Positions 9,526 through 20,764 are shown, counted from the stretch's first letter. The stretch: 64,000 nucleotides of DNA from Eledone cirrhosa (GCA_964016885.1 OZ024741.1:3162001-3226000); one strand, 5' to 3'. Program-made: numbers and translations. Notes: generated by a model not told the origin, from the sequence alone.

Positions 9526-10010
9526 TTAGATGCAACATTTTTGGAATGTTTTACATATTTTTACTGTTCCATTAATGGATTGTACTTGTAATTTCCTAAC
9601 TAGTTGTGTTCTTTCTGTTCCTGTGAAGCCTAGCTTCTCAAGATTTGTATTGAGGCAGTTACTAACGTACCCCAGTGCCCAAATAATCACAGGCATAAAT
9701 CTGAAGGTGTAATCAGGGTGGAGTATCTGCAGATTTCTCATCATTTCTGCATAGATATTCTCCTTTTCACTAATCTTTGATATTATATTGGCATCTGCTG
9801 GGCAGCTAATTTCCACTAATGTGCATGTCTTCTTATCCCTGTCCCATATCATACTATCTGGTCTGTTATGCCTGCATTTTATTGGGGTTTTTACTGAAAC
9901 ATTCCTCCAGTACTCTTTCATATTATGTACATGGATGTCTTCCACATTGCTGTAGCTTTTAATGTGTTTATTATCGGGGCTATCTTTTTTACGGATTGCA
10001 TTTTATTGGG
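9526..10010 (-). mobile_element. 3' fragment of a second, diverged R4/Dong-type RLE LINE
   Basis: NAIRKK..KEYWRN..HNRPDSMIWD..LVEISCP..KENIY..LQILHPDYTF..GTVKICKTF is homologous to the C-terminus of the 3488-6523 protein. (CATA)n-type repeats flank it on its sense strand. Confidence 0.85.
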
Positions 10011-10011
10011 T

Positions 10012-10126
10012 TATATATGTATGTATATATGTATGTATGTATGTATGTATATATGTATATATGTAAGTATGTATATATGTATGTATGTATGTGTATATGT
10101 ATGCATGTATGTATGTATGTATGTAT
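10012..10126. repeat. (TATG)n microsatellite
   Basis: Direct reading of the sequence. Confidence 0.9.
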
Positions 10127-10437
10127 GGATACCCAATCGCGCGTTTAACCACTGGGAGTGAAGGGGCCCTAGCCTTTGTCAGGGAATTCTTCTAGGAGAA
10201 GGCAACTCAGGAAACTGGGATAACTCCGACATAAAACCTGCGGCTCAGTAGTTACCGATGATGTTGATCTTTTCCTCTTTTCTGGTTATAGCTACTGTCG
10301 CTCAGAGAGTGGGATTGGCTCAGTGCACAATCTTTCCTCACTTAAAAAAAATCTTCATGCACAGGCATTAATTAATAATTATTAATAATGGTATATCGTG
10401 CAATGGCCATACTCGATAACGAGGGGCCAGTCATCAT
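10127..10437 (+). mobile_element. RTE-derived non-autonomous (bipartite) retroposon, second copy
   Basis: Homologous to 6785-7110. It contains ctaggagaaggcaactc..aaacc, resembling RTE 5'UTRs, and a 3' hairpin ctcg-ataa-cgag followed by (TATG)n. Confidence 0.7.
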
Positions 10438-10467
10438 TTATGTGTGTATGTATGTATGTATGTATAC

Positions 10468-10801
10468 CTGATGGTATCCAATGATGTTGACTTGTTCTTC
10501 TTTTTGGTAAATATCATCTTGGTTAAGAGAGTGGGACTGGCTTTGTGCAGTGCCTTTGCTCACTATAAAAGCTTCACGGCACAGCCATTGCTTTATATCT
10601 GGAGATCTCTCTGCACTTGTCGTCACATGGTACCATGGGCCCAGCACTGTGTCATTAATTGTCACAAGTGTAGTGTTTGTACCAGAGTTTTCAAGTCGCT
10701 GGCTGGACTAAAAAGTCACACTCGTTCAGCGCATCGGTAGGGGTTCTCCTACATGGATATAAAGTAGTGGCCGTACTCGAAAACGAGTTGGCAGTCACCA
10801 T
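10468..10801 (+). mobile_element. Related RTE-derived element retaining the LINE C-terminal C2H2 finger and 3' end
   Basis: 10480-10590 aligns with 10258-10370. It then encodes HKCSVCTRVFKSLAGLKSHTRSAHR-stop (RTE-type C-terminal finger) and ends tggccgtactcgaaaacgag..cagtcaccat + (TATG)n. Confidence 0.7.
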
Positions 10802-10945
10802 GCATGTATGTATGTATGTGTGTATGTATGTATGTGTGTGTCTGTGTATGTAAATCCTCGCATACATATCCTGGACGTAGTGTTGTTTTTGTTTATTTTT
10901 TGTTTTAGATAGATTGATAGATAGATAGATAGATTGATAGATATG

Positions 10946-11620
10946 TTTCTTTATTAGTCACAGGGGCACAAAAGAAGGGGACAAATACATTGATAGATAG
11001 ATAGATAAATTTCTTTATTAGCACAAGGACTCAAAAGAAGGGGACAAATACAAATGGGGAGTTTACATACAGGTATATGAAAATAAAACTGTTAATAAAA
11101 TAACAAATAACAATTGAAATCCCCAATAGGGGGAGGCGTTACACAGGGGTTGTACACACCCCGAAAAAATGTACAACCCTCATCTCCAGGAGCACCAAGA
11201 GTGAGTACTCCCTTCCTCTTTTCCTCTTTTTCCTCTTTATATAGAGAGAAGGCCCAACCACTCGGGCCATCTTTGCCACATTCACCCACTTTATAGATAT
11301 GTTTCTTTATTAGCCACAGGGGCACAAAAGAAGGGGACAAATACAAAGCGGGAAGTTTACATACAATAAAAACGTGTAAAATATTATCACAAATGTAATT
11401 TAAAAATTAGTCGATTTTCCCCAATAGGGGGAGACAGTTCATATGGGTAACACATACCCCTGAAAAAAATGTGCAACCCTCATCTTCAGGAGTACGAAGA
11501 GTTTGTACTCCTTTCCTCTCCTCCTCTTTTTCCTCAACCTACAGGCTGATATAGAGAGAAGGCCCATTCACTCGGGCCATTCTCGCCACTTTCACCCACC
11601 TTTCATAAAACTTGCTGGGG
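10946..11620 (-). mobile_element. Three stacked 5'-truncated Tx1 3' ends (10946-10989, 11010-11291, 11302-11620)
   Basis: Each carries the plus-strand terminal motif tttctttattag..cac..cacaaaagaaggggacaaataca also seen at 11671 and 17417. They are separated by GATA-type repeats. The two longer pieces include the last ORF2 codons. Confidence 0.85.
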
Positions 11621-11630
11621 TATAGATAGG

Positions 11631-11669
<39 letters not shown>

Positions 11670-11900
11670 ATTTCTATTTATTTGCCACGAGGGCACAAAA
11701 GAAGGGGACATTTACACAGTGGGGGAGTTTACATAAATCGAGTAAAGAAAAAAGGAATAACAATAATAATATAACAATAAAAAGTCCTCAAAAGGGAGGG
11801 GGCGTGTTGGGGATTGCACATACCCCCGAAAAGTGTGCAACTCTTTTCGCGGGGGAAGCCCAGAGAGGAGGCGCTCCCCCTTTCCTCTTCACTTCTTCAC

Positions 11901-14900
11901 CTACAGAACAATGTAGAGAGAAGGCCCATTTACACGGGCCATTCTCGCTTCTTTCACCCACCTTTCATAAAACTGTCTGGGACCAAGCACTTCTCTCTCC
12001 ATCCTGATTCTTCTTCCGAAGTGGTATCGGAAGAAGTAAACCAGGTGATGGCCGGAGAGAAAGTCACCCGACCTCAGACCTTTCAGGCGCGTCCACCACA
12101 CAACTTCTTTCATCATGGCTATTACGCACAGAAAGACCGCCTCTGCTTCATTTCTGAAGGGATGAGGTGGCTTGATGTTCACCACAGACTCGGCGGTTAA
12201 TCGAATCGGCGCCACACGCGACAGCAGTCGTTCGACGTAGCCCCACAGATCGGCAACGCCCGGGCAGTGTACCAGTGCATGCGCAACGGTTTCCTCGTCG
12301 CGCACGCATCTGGGACAGATCTTTTTCGCGGGATCCCTGCCCGGGCGCCCGTGTCTGTAGAGCTTTTCTCGAACGGGCAGAGCCCCCCGGTAACACTGCC
12401 AGGCTAGGGACCTCTGGAAGTTGTCCATGGGTCCCGGGCCGAAAGTTCTACCGAACAGGCTGGCCAGTTCGTCCTCCTCCATGCCTAGCGACTCTCCAAG
12501 GGTGTCGTCGCCCCTGCTAGCCACCAACCCTCTATAGAATGTCGAGGTGGATTCTCCACTGACAGTCGGGTCCGCTAGCCAAATAGCCGTGAGCGCCTGG
12601 GCACACTCGGTGTGCCAGTTGCCCAGTTTTCTCGGTCTTTGCTTCACCCAGGATTGCAGTTCGGTGAGCGAGACGAGCTGTGGGAAGGCTCGCCTCACAA
12701 ACGGGGCCCACACCGGCTGACCGTTGAGGAATACCTGTAGATGCCGTAGCCTCAATGCGTGCCTACGCATCAACAGCCACGGCATACCCAGCCCTCCTTT
12801 CGAAGGGTGCTGGCAGCAGATGGATCTCCTCACCATGGGAGGCCGCTTCTTCCAGAGGAACTGGAAGAGCATGCGTTCCATGATGGTGAGCTTTTCCTTG
12901 GGGCAAGGCACGACGGTCAGGCGGTAGTAGATGACGGACGCTATGTAAGCGTTCGTCACCTCCGCCCGACCTTTCAGTGATAGTTTGCACTTGGCCCACT
13001 TCTGGGTCAGCGCAAACACCCTGCTCGTCACCTCGCCCCAATTCTTCTCCACCTGGAGGTCCGGTCCGAACCAGACCCCGAGCAGCTTCACCGGGCCCTC
13101 CGTCCACCGCCCGACGACACCGTCTAACGGCATCGGTTTGCCCCTCCACGTTCCGAGTTGCAAACCGACTGACTTGTCCTGGTTCAGCTTAGCCCCCGTC
13201 AGCCTTTCGTATTCCTCCAGTAGGGTGGCGATCGCCCCGATTTCCGAGGCGTCCGCCACCATTACTGTTACGTCGTCGGCATAGGCCGAGACCGCTTTGT
13301 GCAATCCCGGTTCCAGGGGTATGCCCCGCAGCAACTCCAACTTCCGCAGCAGTGGCTCGAGAGTCAATACGTACAGAAGGGAGGAGAGGGGGCACCCCTG
13401 TCTGATGGATCGGGTGATTTGAAACGGCTCCGAGAGGTAGCCGTTTACTTTAATCCTAGAGTAGATGTTGCCACTGTGCATGGCAGAAATCCAGCCCCTG
13501 AAAACGGGTCCGAAGCCCGCCGCCGCTAGCACCGCATCCAGGTAACCATGGTCGACCCTATCGAACGCCTTAGATTGATCCAAGTTGATCAGGGCCCCAC
13601 CAAAGCCGGGTTCGTAGCCAACCCTCTCTATGATGTATCGCATGAGGTGGAGGTTGTCGTGAATGGACCTGGACGGGATAGCGCATGTCTGCGCGTCTCC
13701 CACCAAACCACCCACCACAAGCGCCAACCTCTTCGCCAACACCTTGGCCAAAATCTGTAACTCTGCATTCAGCAGAGTTATGGGCCTAAAGTTACTTAAG
13801 TCGTCCCCCTTGCTCTCGTCCTTCCTCACTAGCGTGACCACGCCCTTGGTCACAGAACAGGGAATTCTCCCGTTCTGTTGCCAGTTGCAATAGACAGCCT
13901 CGAGGAGTTCGGAGAACAAGACCGGCATAGCTAAATAAAGTTCGTATGGTAGACCATCGAGACCCGGGGATTTGCGTCTGCTGCATTGGCTGAGCGCTTC
14001 CCCGATTTCAGTGGCTGTGATTGGCCTTTCGCAGCACTCCGCTTCGCCGCTCGAAAGACGCGGTAGACCGTCGAGGTATGGACCGAAGTCCACATCCCCG
14101 TCCGGCCCCCCGCCACCTCCGAACAGTCGAGCAAAGTGCCTTTGAAAGGTCTCGCACATTCGCTCAGGTTCAAGGATCACCCGTCCATCCTGGTCTCGCA
14201 AAGACCGAATGGTGGATTTAATCCCACTCTTGGCTTCTGTCACGCGGGCCCAGCTAACAGCTTTGGTCCCCTCGTTTCCTAAAGCACGTATTTTACTTCG
14301 GACAACGCAGCCTTCGTGCTTCGCGTCAAAGAACTGGCTCAATGCCGTTCTCGTCGCTAACACTCTGGCTACGTCTCCGCTCCTAATCGCCTCTTCTAGT
14401 TTATCTGTTAACTCCCTTTCCCTCCTATTTCTATTCGCCGCTAGTTCCTTACTGTAACCTATCGAACTTACTCTAATCTCTCTCTTTAGAGATATCCACC
14501 ACCTACTGTTGACGATCGCTCCCGTCAACCGCATCTTAACTAAGCTACTAATCCGGTTTCTGTAATCTTTCTTTGTCGGTAAGGACAAGTTCATCTTCCA
14601 GTAACCGGGACCCTGTCTATGCGTTCTATCAAGGTTGACCACGCAGGTCACTAATTTGTGATCTGAATAGCCAACCATGATCAGTTCTGGACAACTAAAT
14701 ACGTCCCTATCCTTACTCCTAACCAAAAACCTATCTAGGTACGATCTAGATTGTCCACTGCGGTTTGCCCAGGTCCAGGTTGGCGCAGTTGGACAATCTA
14801 GTCGAAATCTATCGACCAGGTCGAATCGATCGAGTAACCCCTTGAGGCTGCTACACCCCCCTCTATCGGGACATGCCCCTGCATAGTCCCAACGCGCATC

Positions 14901-15340
14901 TAGGATTCCATTCCAGTCCCCCACTAAAAGCAGGGAACGCGACGTTCCTAGAAAAGTCTCCAGACGTTGGAAGAAGTCGGCTCTTTCCGCCCCGAAGGGA
15001 GCATAAAGACCGACCAGTCTGAAAGCCCCGCCTTCACCGCCTCCGACGTCCAGCACCAGTAATCGACCCCCCGGGTCCGAGTGAACAATCTGTACGTCGA
15101 GAGTCAGACGTTTATCCAGCAGTACGGCAACTCCCCCCCCCCGCCTCCGGGTTGACAGAGAGATGCGTGCATCTCAAAGTCATCGAAGGCGGGCGCCAGC
15201 TGTCTCACGCTGCTGATCCGACTCTCGCAAACAACCATCACATCTATACTTTGTGACCTGAGGTCACTTAGAAGCTTTGCTTGCTTCCAAGCTGAGCCCA
15301 GGCCACGCGCGTTCAAACAGCCAACTCTCGATTGATCTAT
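11901..15340 (-). CDS. Tx1 ORF2: APE endonuclease + RT + C-terminal CCHC (one frameshift in the C-run near 15133-15142; ATA at the expected start)
   Basis: ORF pieces 15104..15316 and 11901..15056: CLNARGL, VVCESR, GDWNG, SYLDRF, YSDHK, KSPGLDGLP, FRPITLLN, LDQSKAFDRV, RQGCPLS, YADD, CPRCVRDEETVAHALVHCP. Confidence 0.9.
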
Positions 15341-17173
15341 TTTGGTGTTGAAAGTGAAGAAAGAAAAGCACTTACCTCTCCGGGTTGCGTAATTTCCATG
15401 GCATCAGGTGTGTTGGGTGGAGGGATGTTTTGTGGTGGTGTGGGGGTACACGTGTGTGGTGGGGTTGGGGTATTTGGAGTTGTGTCAGGGAGAGGGGCGG
15501 TTATGGGGAAATCTTTCAAGAGGACGCGATTCAACGGTTTTAAACAGGGGGGGGGCTCACGTCCCGTCTAAATTGTTCTTTTAAGGAACGATAAAGGTCC
15601 AGAGGGACCTTTATTATTTTTAAATGGGTGAAGTTCTCTGTTGAGATAAAGTTTGGCCCTTCGGTCTGCACCATAGGGTTATTGTTTATTAATTTAACCA
15701 GTTTTTTGTTTTCTTTATTTATATATGTGTATTGCAACGTCTTTTTTTGTGATGCTGTCAATGTTTCGGAGAGGGGAGGCGCAGATTTATTTTTGTTTGT
15801 TGAGGGTGGGGTGTTTTTGATTGGAGTTGGTGTTTGTGTGTGGGTTATTTGTGGTGTGCTGGGTGTGTGTTTTCTTTTTTTTCTTTTAACTTGTCTGAAG
15901 GCTTCTCCTCCTTCTTCTTCAGAAGTTGGGGGAAACTCTTCAGCGCTAGGTGGGAGGGACGTGTTGTGTGGTTGTTTTTTTTTTGCGGGAGGGGTAGATT
16001 TGTTACTGTTTTTTTTATTATTTGTTTGGAATGGGTTTTGTGGTGGTGGTGGTGGTAATGTTTGTGTCGTGCTTGTGGTTGGTGATGGTGGTGGTGATGT
16101 TTGTGTTGTGGTTGGTGGTGGTGATTTTTGTGTCGTGCTTGTGTTTGGTGCTGGTGGTGGTGATGTTTGTGTTGTGTTTGTGGTTGGTGGTGTCTGTATT
16201 TTGTTTGCTGTGTGTGGTATTAGTGTATTTTTGGAGGTGGGTGGTGCTGGTGTACTGTTTGTGGTGGGTGTGGGCAATAGTCCTTTTTGGGGGATACGTT
16301 TCGGGCAGTTAGCCTTAACGTGTCCCCTTTCCATGCATAAATAGCATGCTGGTCTTCTCCCCTCTACAATTATGTCTATTGGGGTAAGGTCATCCAGCCA
16401 GATGCGATCCGGGATTTGTGCTATTCTTTCGGGCCTCATTTGGACTAGTATGTCGAGGCCCATTCCCAGGAACGCATCTCCAGTTGCCTTCCCCATTGAC
16501 AGCATAGTGTCTTCGCCCATATCAATGAAGCCAGCAATAGCCCACCAGAAGTCCATTGTGGGCAGCATTGTTTTTACTTTTACTCTCTGTGTTCTTCTAC
16601 CCATGTAGGAGGGATAGAAGCTATATGTTGTCGACGAGAGTGGGCTTAGGGAAAGCTTCTCCGCCGTTTCTTTGTCTCTTGTTAGGACCGAAATGCTGCC
16701 ATAGAGTCGGTCCTTTCGTATGAAGAGAATATTCTTCATATAGTCTTTTAGGACTAACTCTATTTCCATTTGGCTGGGCTGTGCTGGCTTTCTTGTCTGG
16801 TTCAGTATAGTTCTGTATAGAACTGTGTTTTCTGCTCTGGCTTTCTTGAATTCTGGGGGGGAGTTAATGGAAAACATTCCGTTCTCCCCCAAAACAATGT
16901 GTTTCTTTGCTTCGGCCAGTTTTTCTCTGGCGGCAGTTAGGTCAATTGGTGTGTATGTAATGGATTGTTTTGTTTTCTGGGCGAAAGTTGCCCTGTCGTT
17001 ATTTGTATTATTTTCTGTTTGTTTGTTTTCTGTTTGCTCATTCCCTTAACATTTGTTTTTTCATTTTGTTTGTTTGTTTCAATGTCTAATTTTGTTGTAA
17101 TTATTTTTTGTTCTTCAGACTTGGGGGGCGTGGCAGAGCTAATGGCAGACATGTCTGCCATCTTTTCCGCCAT
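15337..17173 (-). CDS. Tx1 ORF1 (gag-like, single CCHC zinc knuckle, Pro/Thr-rich C-terminus), frameshifted
   Basis: Main piece 15540..16892 contains CYLCMERGHVKANC (CX2CX4HX4C). Probable N-terminal piece from the ATG at 17173 (MAEKMADMS) and C-terminal piece 15337..15534 beyond the G-run at ~15547. Confidence 0.8.
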
Positions 17174-17416
17174 GCTGCCAAGAAAGAAATTTTTCGGCAA
17201 AAATAGATATTTATTTTATATTTATAAATATTTTATATTTATAAAAAGGGGGTAAATGCAAAAATGTTTCCCTAAATAACAGGGGTTAGTGTTCCAAATG
17301 TGTTGCACTAAAAAATTTATCCGGTACTTACAATAGTAAGGGTAAATCCCGATGGAATAGCGGAGCCGATGCGAAGCGTGTCTTACTCTATCAAGATAGA
17401 TAGATAGATAGATAGA

Positions 17417-20330
17417 TTTCTTTATTAGCCACAAGGGCGCAACAAGAAAGGGGACAATACAAAGACATGCCGGGGATTTTACATACAGTCGTGTAAAAAA
17501 TATAAAAACAAACAATTTCAACAATCGAAATCCCCAATAGGGGGGAGGCGCCACAAATGGGTTGTTTAATACCCCGTCGATAGAACAACCCTCAACTCAA
17601 GGAGCGTGTTGTGCAAGTGCTCCTTTCTTCCTTTTGCTCTCTTCCTCAACCTACAGGCTTATAAACAGAGAAGGCCCAATCACTCGGGCCATTTTCGCTT
17701 CATTCACCCACCTTTCAGTAAATTTACTGGGGTGCAGTGCCTCTCTCTCCACCCTGATTCTCCTTCTAAAGTGATACTTAAAGAATGGAATCAATTGTTG
17801 TCCGGAGAGAAAGGCAACTGTCCTCAGTCCTCTCAACCTCGTCCACCATATAACTTCTTTCACCATAGCCACCGTACAGAGGAAAACCGCCTCTCTTTCG
17901 TTTTTGAAAGAGTCTGGCGGTTTGATCCTTACTATGGACTCAGCAGTCAACTGTATTTGTCCCATACGCGACAGCAGTTGTTCTGCATAGTTCCACAGGT
18001 CGCTTACGCCCGGGCAGTGTACAATTGCGTGCAGAACTGTTTCAATGTCCTGCGCACATCTTGGACACGTCCTCTTGGAAGGATCCCTGCCAGGGCGTCC
18101 GTGCCTGTAGATCTTGTCACGAACCGGTAGAGCTCCTCGGTAGCACTGCCAGGCCAGGGACCTCTGGAAGTTGTCCATAGGTCCCGGGCGGAAAGTCCTA
18201 CCAAACATACTGGTGAGCTCATCGTCTTCGACGCCCAGAGTCTCTCCGAGCACGTCGTCGCCCTTGTAACGTACAATCCCTCTATAGAATGTCGAAGTGG
18301 AGTCTCCACTGATTGCTGCGCCCGCTTGCCAGAGGACTGTGAGCGCCTGAGCGCATTCAATGTGCCAGGCGCCCATCGTTTTCGGTCTTTTCTTCACCCA
18401 GGACTGCAGCTCCGTTAGCGAGACGAGCTGTGGGAAAGCCTGTCTCACAAACGGTGCCCACACCGGTTGGGGGTCGGTGAGGAATACCTGGAGATGTCGC
18501 AGCCTCAGCGCATGTTTGCGCATCATCAGCCACGGCATTCCCAGCCCTCCGTTGGAAGGGTGCTGACAGCAGACGGATCTCCTCACCAGCGGAGCCTGCT
18601 TCTTCCACAGAAACTGGAAGAGCATGCGTTCCATCTTGGCGAGGTGTTCACGGGGACAAGGCACGACAGTCAAGCGGTAGTAGATGACGGACGCTATGAA
18701 AGTGTTCGCCACCTCCGCTCGACCTTTCAAGGACAGTTTGCACTCTGCCCACTTCTGAGTGAGTGCAAACACCTTGGCCGTGACCTCGTTCCAGTTTTTC
18801 TCCACCTGGAGGTCTGGACCGAACCAGACCCCGAGCAATTTCACCGGTCCGTCCGTCCAGCGTCCAACGACGCTGTCGGATGTCATCGGTTTGCCTCTCC
18901 ACGTACCGAGTTGCAAACCGACAGACTTGTCTGGGTTTAGTTTTGCTCCCGTCAGCGTTTCGTATTCTTTCAGTATGTTGCCGATCACCCCGATTTCCGA
19001 GGTGCTCGACACCATTACTGTCACGTCGTCGGCATAAGCCGACGCCGCTTTGCGCACTCCCGGTTCTAGGGGGATGCCCTGCAACAGCTCCAATTTCCGC
19101 AGTAGTGGCTCTAGAGTCAATACATACAGAATGGAGGAGAGAGGGCACCCCTGTCGAATGGAACGCGTGATTGCGAACGGCTCCGATAGGTAGCCGTTCA
19201 CCTTGACCCTCGAGCAGATGCTGGTGTGCATCGCCTCGATCCATCCTCTGAACACGGGACCGAAACCGGCCGCCTTGAGAACCGCTTCCAAGTATCGATG
19301 GTCGACCCTATCGAATGCCTTAGACTGATCCAAGTTGATCAGAGCCCCACCGAAGCCGGGTTTACTACCCACCCTCTCTATGATGTATCGCATGGGGTGG
19401 AGGTTGTCGTGTATGGACCTGGTCGGGATTGCACACGTTTGCGCTTTCCCTACCAGGTTCTCGACGACAAGCGCCAACCTCGTCGCTAGCACCTTGGCCA
19501 AAATCTTTAACTCTGTGTTGAGCAGAGTTATGGGCCTGAAGTTGTTAATTTCGTCCCCCTTGTTCTCGTCTTTCCTGATCAGCGTTACTACGCCCTTGCC
19601 TGCAGAACTGGGAATTCTCCCGTTCTGCTGCCAATTGCAGTAGACGGCTTCGAGGACGCCAGAGAACAAGTCCGGCATGCCTATGTAAAATTCGTAGGGT
19701 AGACCATCTAGACCGGGTGACTTGCGTTTCCCGCAGCAGCCCAGAGCGTCCCGTATCTCAGTGTCCGTGATCGGTCTTTCGCAGAACTCGGCGTCCGTGT
19801 TCGAGAGACGCGGCAGGCCGTCGAGGTATAAACTAAAGTCCATTGCCCCGTTCGGCTCACCGTCGTTCTGCTCAAACAGTCGCGCAAAGTGCCGCTGAAA
19901 GGCCGCGCACATTTGCTTGGGGTCAAGTAGCACGCGTCCGTTTTGGTCTTTCAAAGACCGAATCGTGGACTTGTTGCCACTTTTTGCCTCCGCCACTCGG
20001 GCCCAGCTGACAGCTTTCGCTCCTTCGTTTCCTAGAGCACGTGTTTTGCTTCTGACCACGCAGCCTTCGTGTTTCGCATCGAAGAACTGGTCCAGTGCCG
20101 TTCTCGACGCTAACACTCTAGCCGCGTTGCCACTTCTAAGTGCCTCCTCTACCTTGGCTACTAGTTCTCTTTCTATTCTGTTTTTCTCTAAGGCTAACTC
20201 TCTGCTATACCCTATCGATTCTATTCTAATTGCTTTCTTGAGAGAGTACCACCATCTATTGTTGACGATGGCGCCCGTTAACTGTTGCTTGACTAGTTTA
20301 CTTATCCGTTCACTGTAAGCTTTACGTGCC
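17417..20330 (-). mobile_element. Tx1/L1-clade LINE copy C, 5'-truncated, young
   Basis: Same 3' terminal motif as copy B. The 5' junction at 20330 runs directly into GATAGATAGATAG. Confidence 0.93.
17651..20329 (-). CDS. Truncated ORF2 (RT + CCHC, endonuclease missing), uninterrupted frame
   Basis: The 821-aa ORF call extends in frame to the truncation point (ARKAYSERISKLV..NNRWWYSLK). Motifs LDQSKAFDRV, RQGCPLS, YADD, CPRCAQDIETVLHAIVHCP. Confidence 0.88.
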   Translation of the reverse strand, partial: ARKAYSERISKLVKQQLTGAIVNNRWWYSLKKAIRIESIGYSRELALEKNRIERELVAKVEEALRSGNAARVLASRTALDQFFDAKHEGCVVRSKTRALGNEGAKAVSWARVAEAKSGNKSTIRSLKDQNGRVLLDPKQMCAAFQRHFARLFEQNDGEPNGAMDFSLYLDGLPRLSNTDAEFCERPITDTEIRDALGCCGKRKSPGLDGLPYEFYIGMPDLFSGVLEAVYCNWQQNGRIPSSAGKGVVTLIRKDENKGDEINNFRPITLLNTELKILAKVLATRLALVVENLVGKAQTCAIPTRSIHDNLHPMRYIIERVGSKPGFGGALINLDQSKAFDRVDHRYLEAVLKAAGFGPVFRGWIEAMHTSICSRVKVNGYLSEPFAITRSIRQGCPLSSILYVLTLEPLLRKLELLQGIPLEPGVRKAASAYADDVTVMVSSTSEIGVIGNILKEYETLTGAKLNPDKSVGLQLGTWRGKPMTSDSVVGRWTDGPVKLLGVWFGPDLQVEKNWNEVTAKVFALTQKWAECKLSLKGRAEVANTFIASVIYYRLTVVPCPREHLAKMERMLFQFLWKKQAPLVRRSVCCQHPSNGGLGMPWLMMRKHALRLRHLQVFLTDPQPVWAPFVRQAFPQLVSLTELQSWVKKRPKTMGAWHIECAQALTVLWQAGAAISGDSTSTFYRGIVRYKGDDVLGETLGVEDDELTSMFGRTFRPGPMDNFQRSLAWQCYRGALPVRDKIYRHGRPGRDPSKRTCPRCAQDIETVLHAIVHCPGVSDLWNYAEQLLSRMGQIQLTAESIVRIKPPDSFKNEREAVFLCTVAMVKEVIWWTRLRGLRTVAFLSGQQLIPFFKYHFRRRIRVEREALHPSKFTERWVNEAKMARVIGPSLFISL

Positions 20331-20346
20331 GATAGATAGATAGGGG

Positions 20347-20364
20347 AAAGAAAGAAGGAAGACA

Positions 20365-20418
<54 letters not shown>

Positions 20419-20419
20419 A
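20347..20419. repeat. (GAAA)n microsatellite
   Basis: Direct reading of the sequence. Confidence 0.9.
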
Positions 20420-20556
20420 CTAGAGTACTAATACTAAAAGATATATTTTAATTTAAATTGTTTGAACAATGAATGATGATGACATACAGCCCCCACACGA
20501 TTCCTAACCATTTTGACCTTGTGGTCAATAAACACGGGACTACTATTATCAATATT

Positions 20557-20718
20557 ATTATCAATATTATTATTATCGTCAATATTATGAACTTTTGCCA
20601 TTATCCTCCCTTTATTAATTTACATAGCAGGTGCAATCGTTTTGGACCAGAGAACATTCTAGCCCTTCCATGAATATGACTTTATATGGGCATGTGTGTG
20701 TGTGTTTATATAAGTGTG

Positions 20719-20764
<46 letters not shown>

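Larger units (their letters stand above)
11671..17394 (-). mobile_element. Near-full-length Tx1/L1-clade LINE, copy B (5'UTR, ORF1, ORF2, ~230-nt 3'UTR)
   Basis: Two-ORF structure with (GATA)n on both sides (11621-11668 and 17395-17416). Confidence 0.93.

Noticed and set aside
9263-9538. Possible host exon (91-aa minus-strand ORF with ordinary composition)
   Set aside because: No recognisable domain, its start lies in the LINE 3' end and microsatellite-like sequence, and there is no supporting exon structure nearby.
10444-10740. Host C2H2 zinc-finger gene
   Set aside because: A single finger at the end of an RTE-type 3' fragment, followed by the retroposon hairpin and (TATG)n tail. The ORF start lies in a microsatellite.
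15628-16344. Gly/Val/Cys-rich 238-aa plus-strand ORF and other antisense ORFs over the LINEs
   Set aside because: These are antisense shadows of the Pro/Thr-rich ORF1 tail and the GC-rich ORF2.
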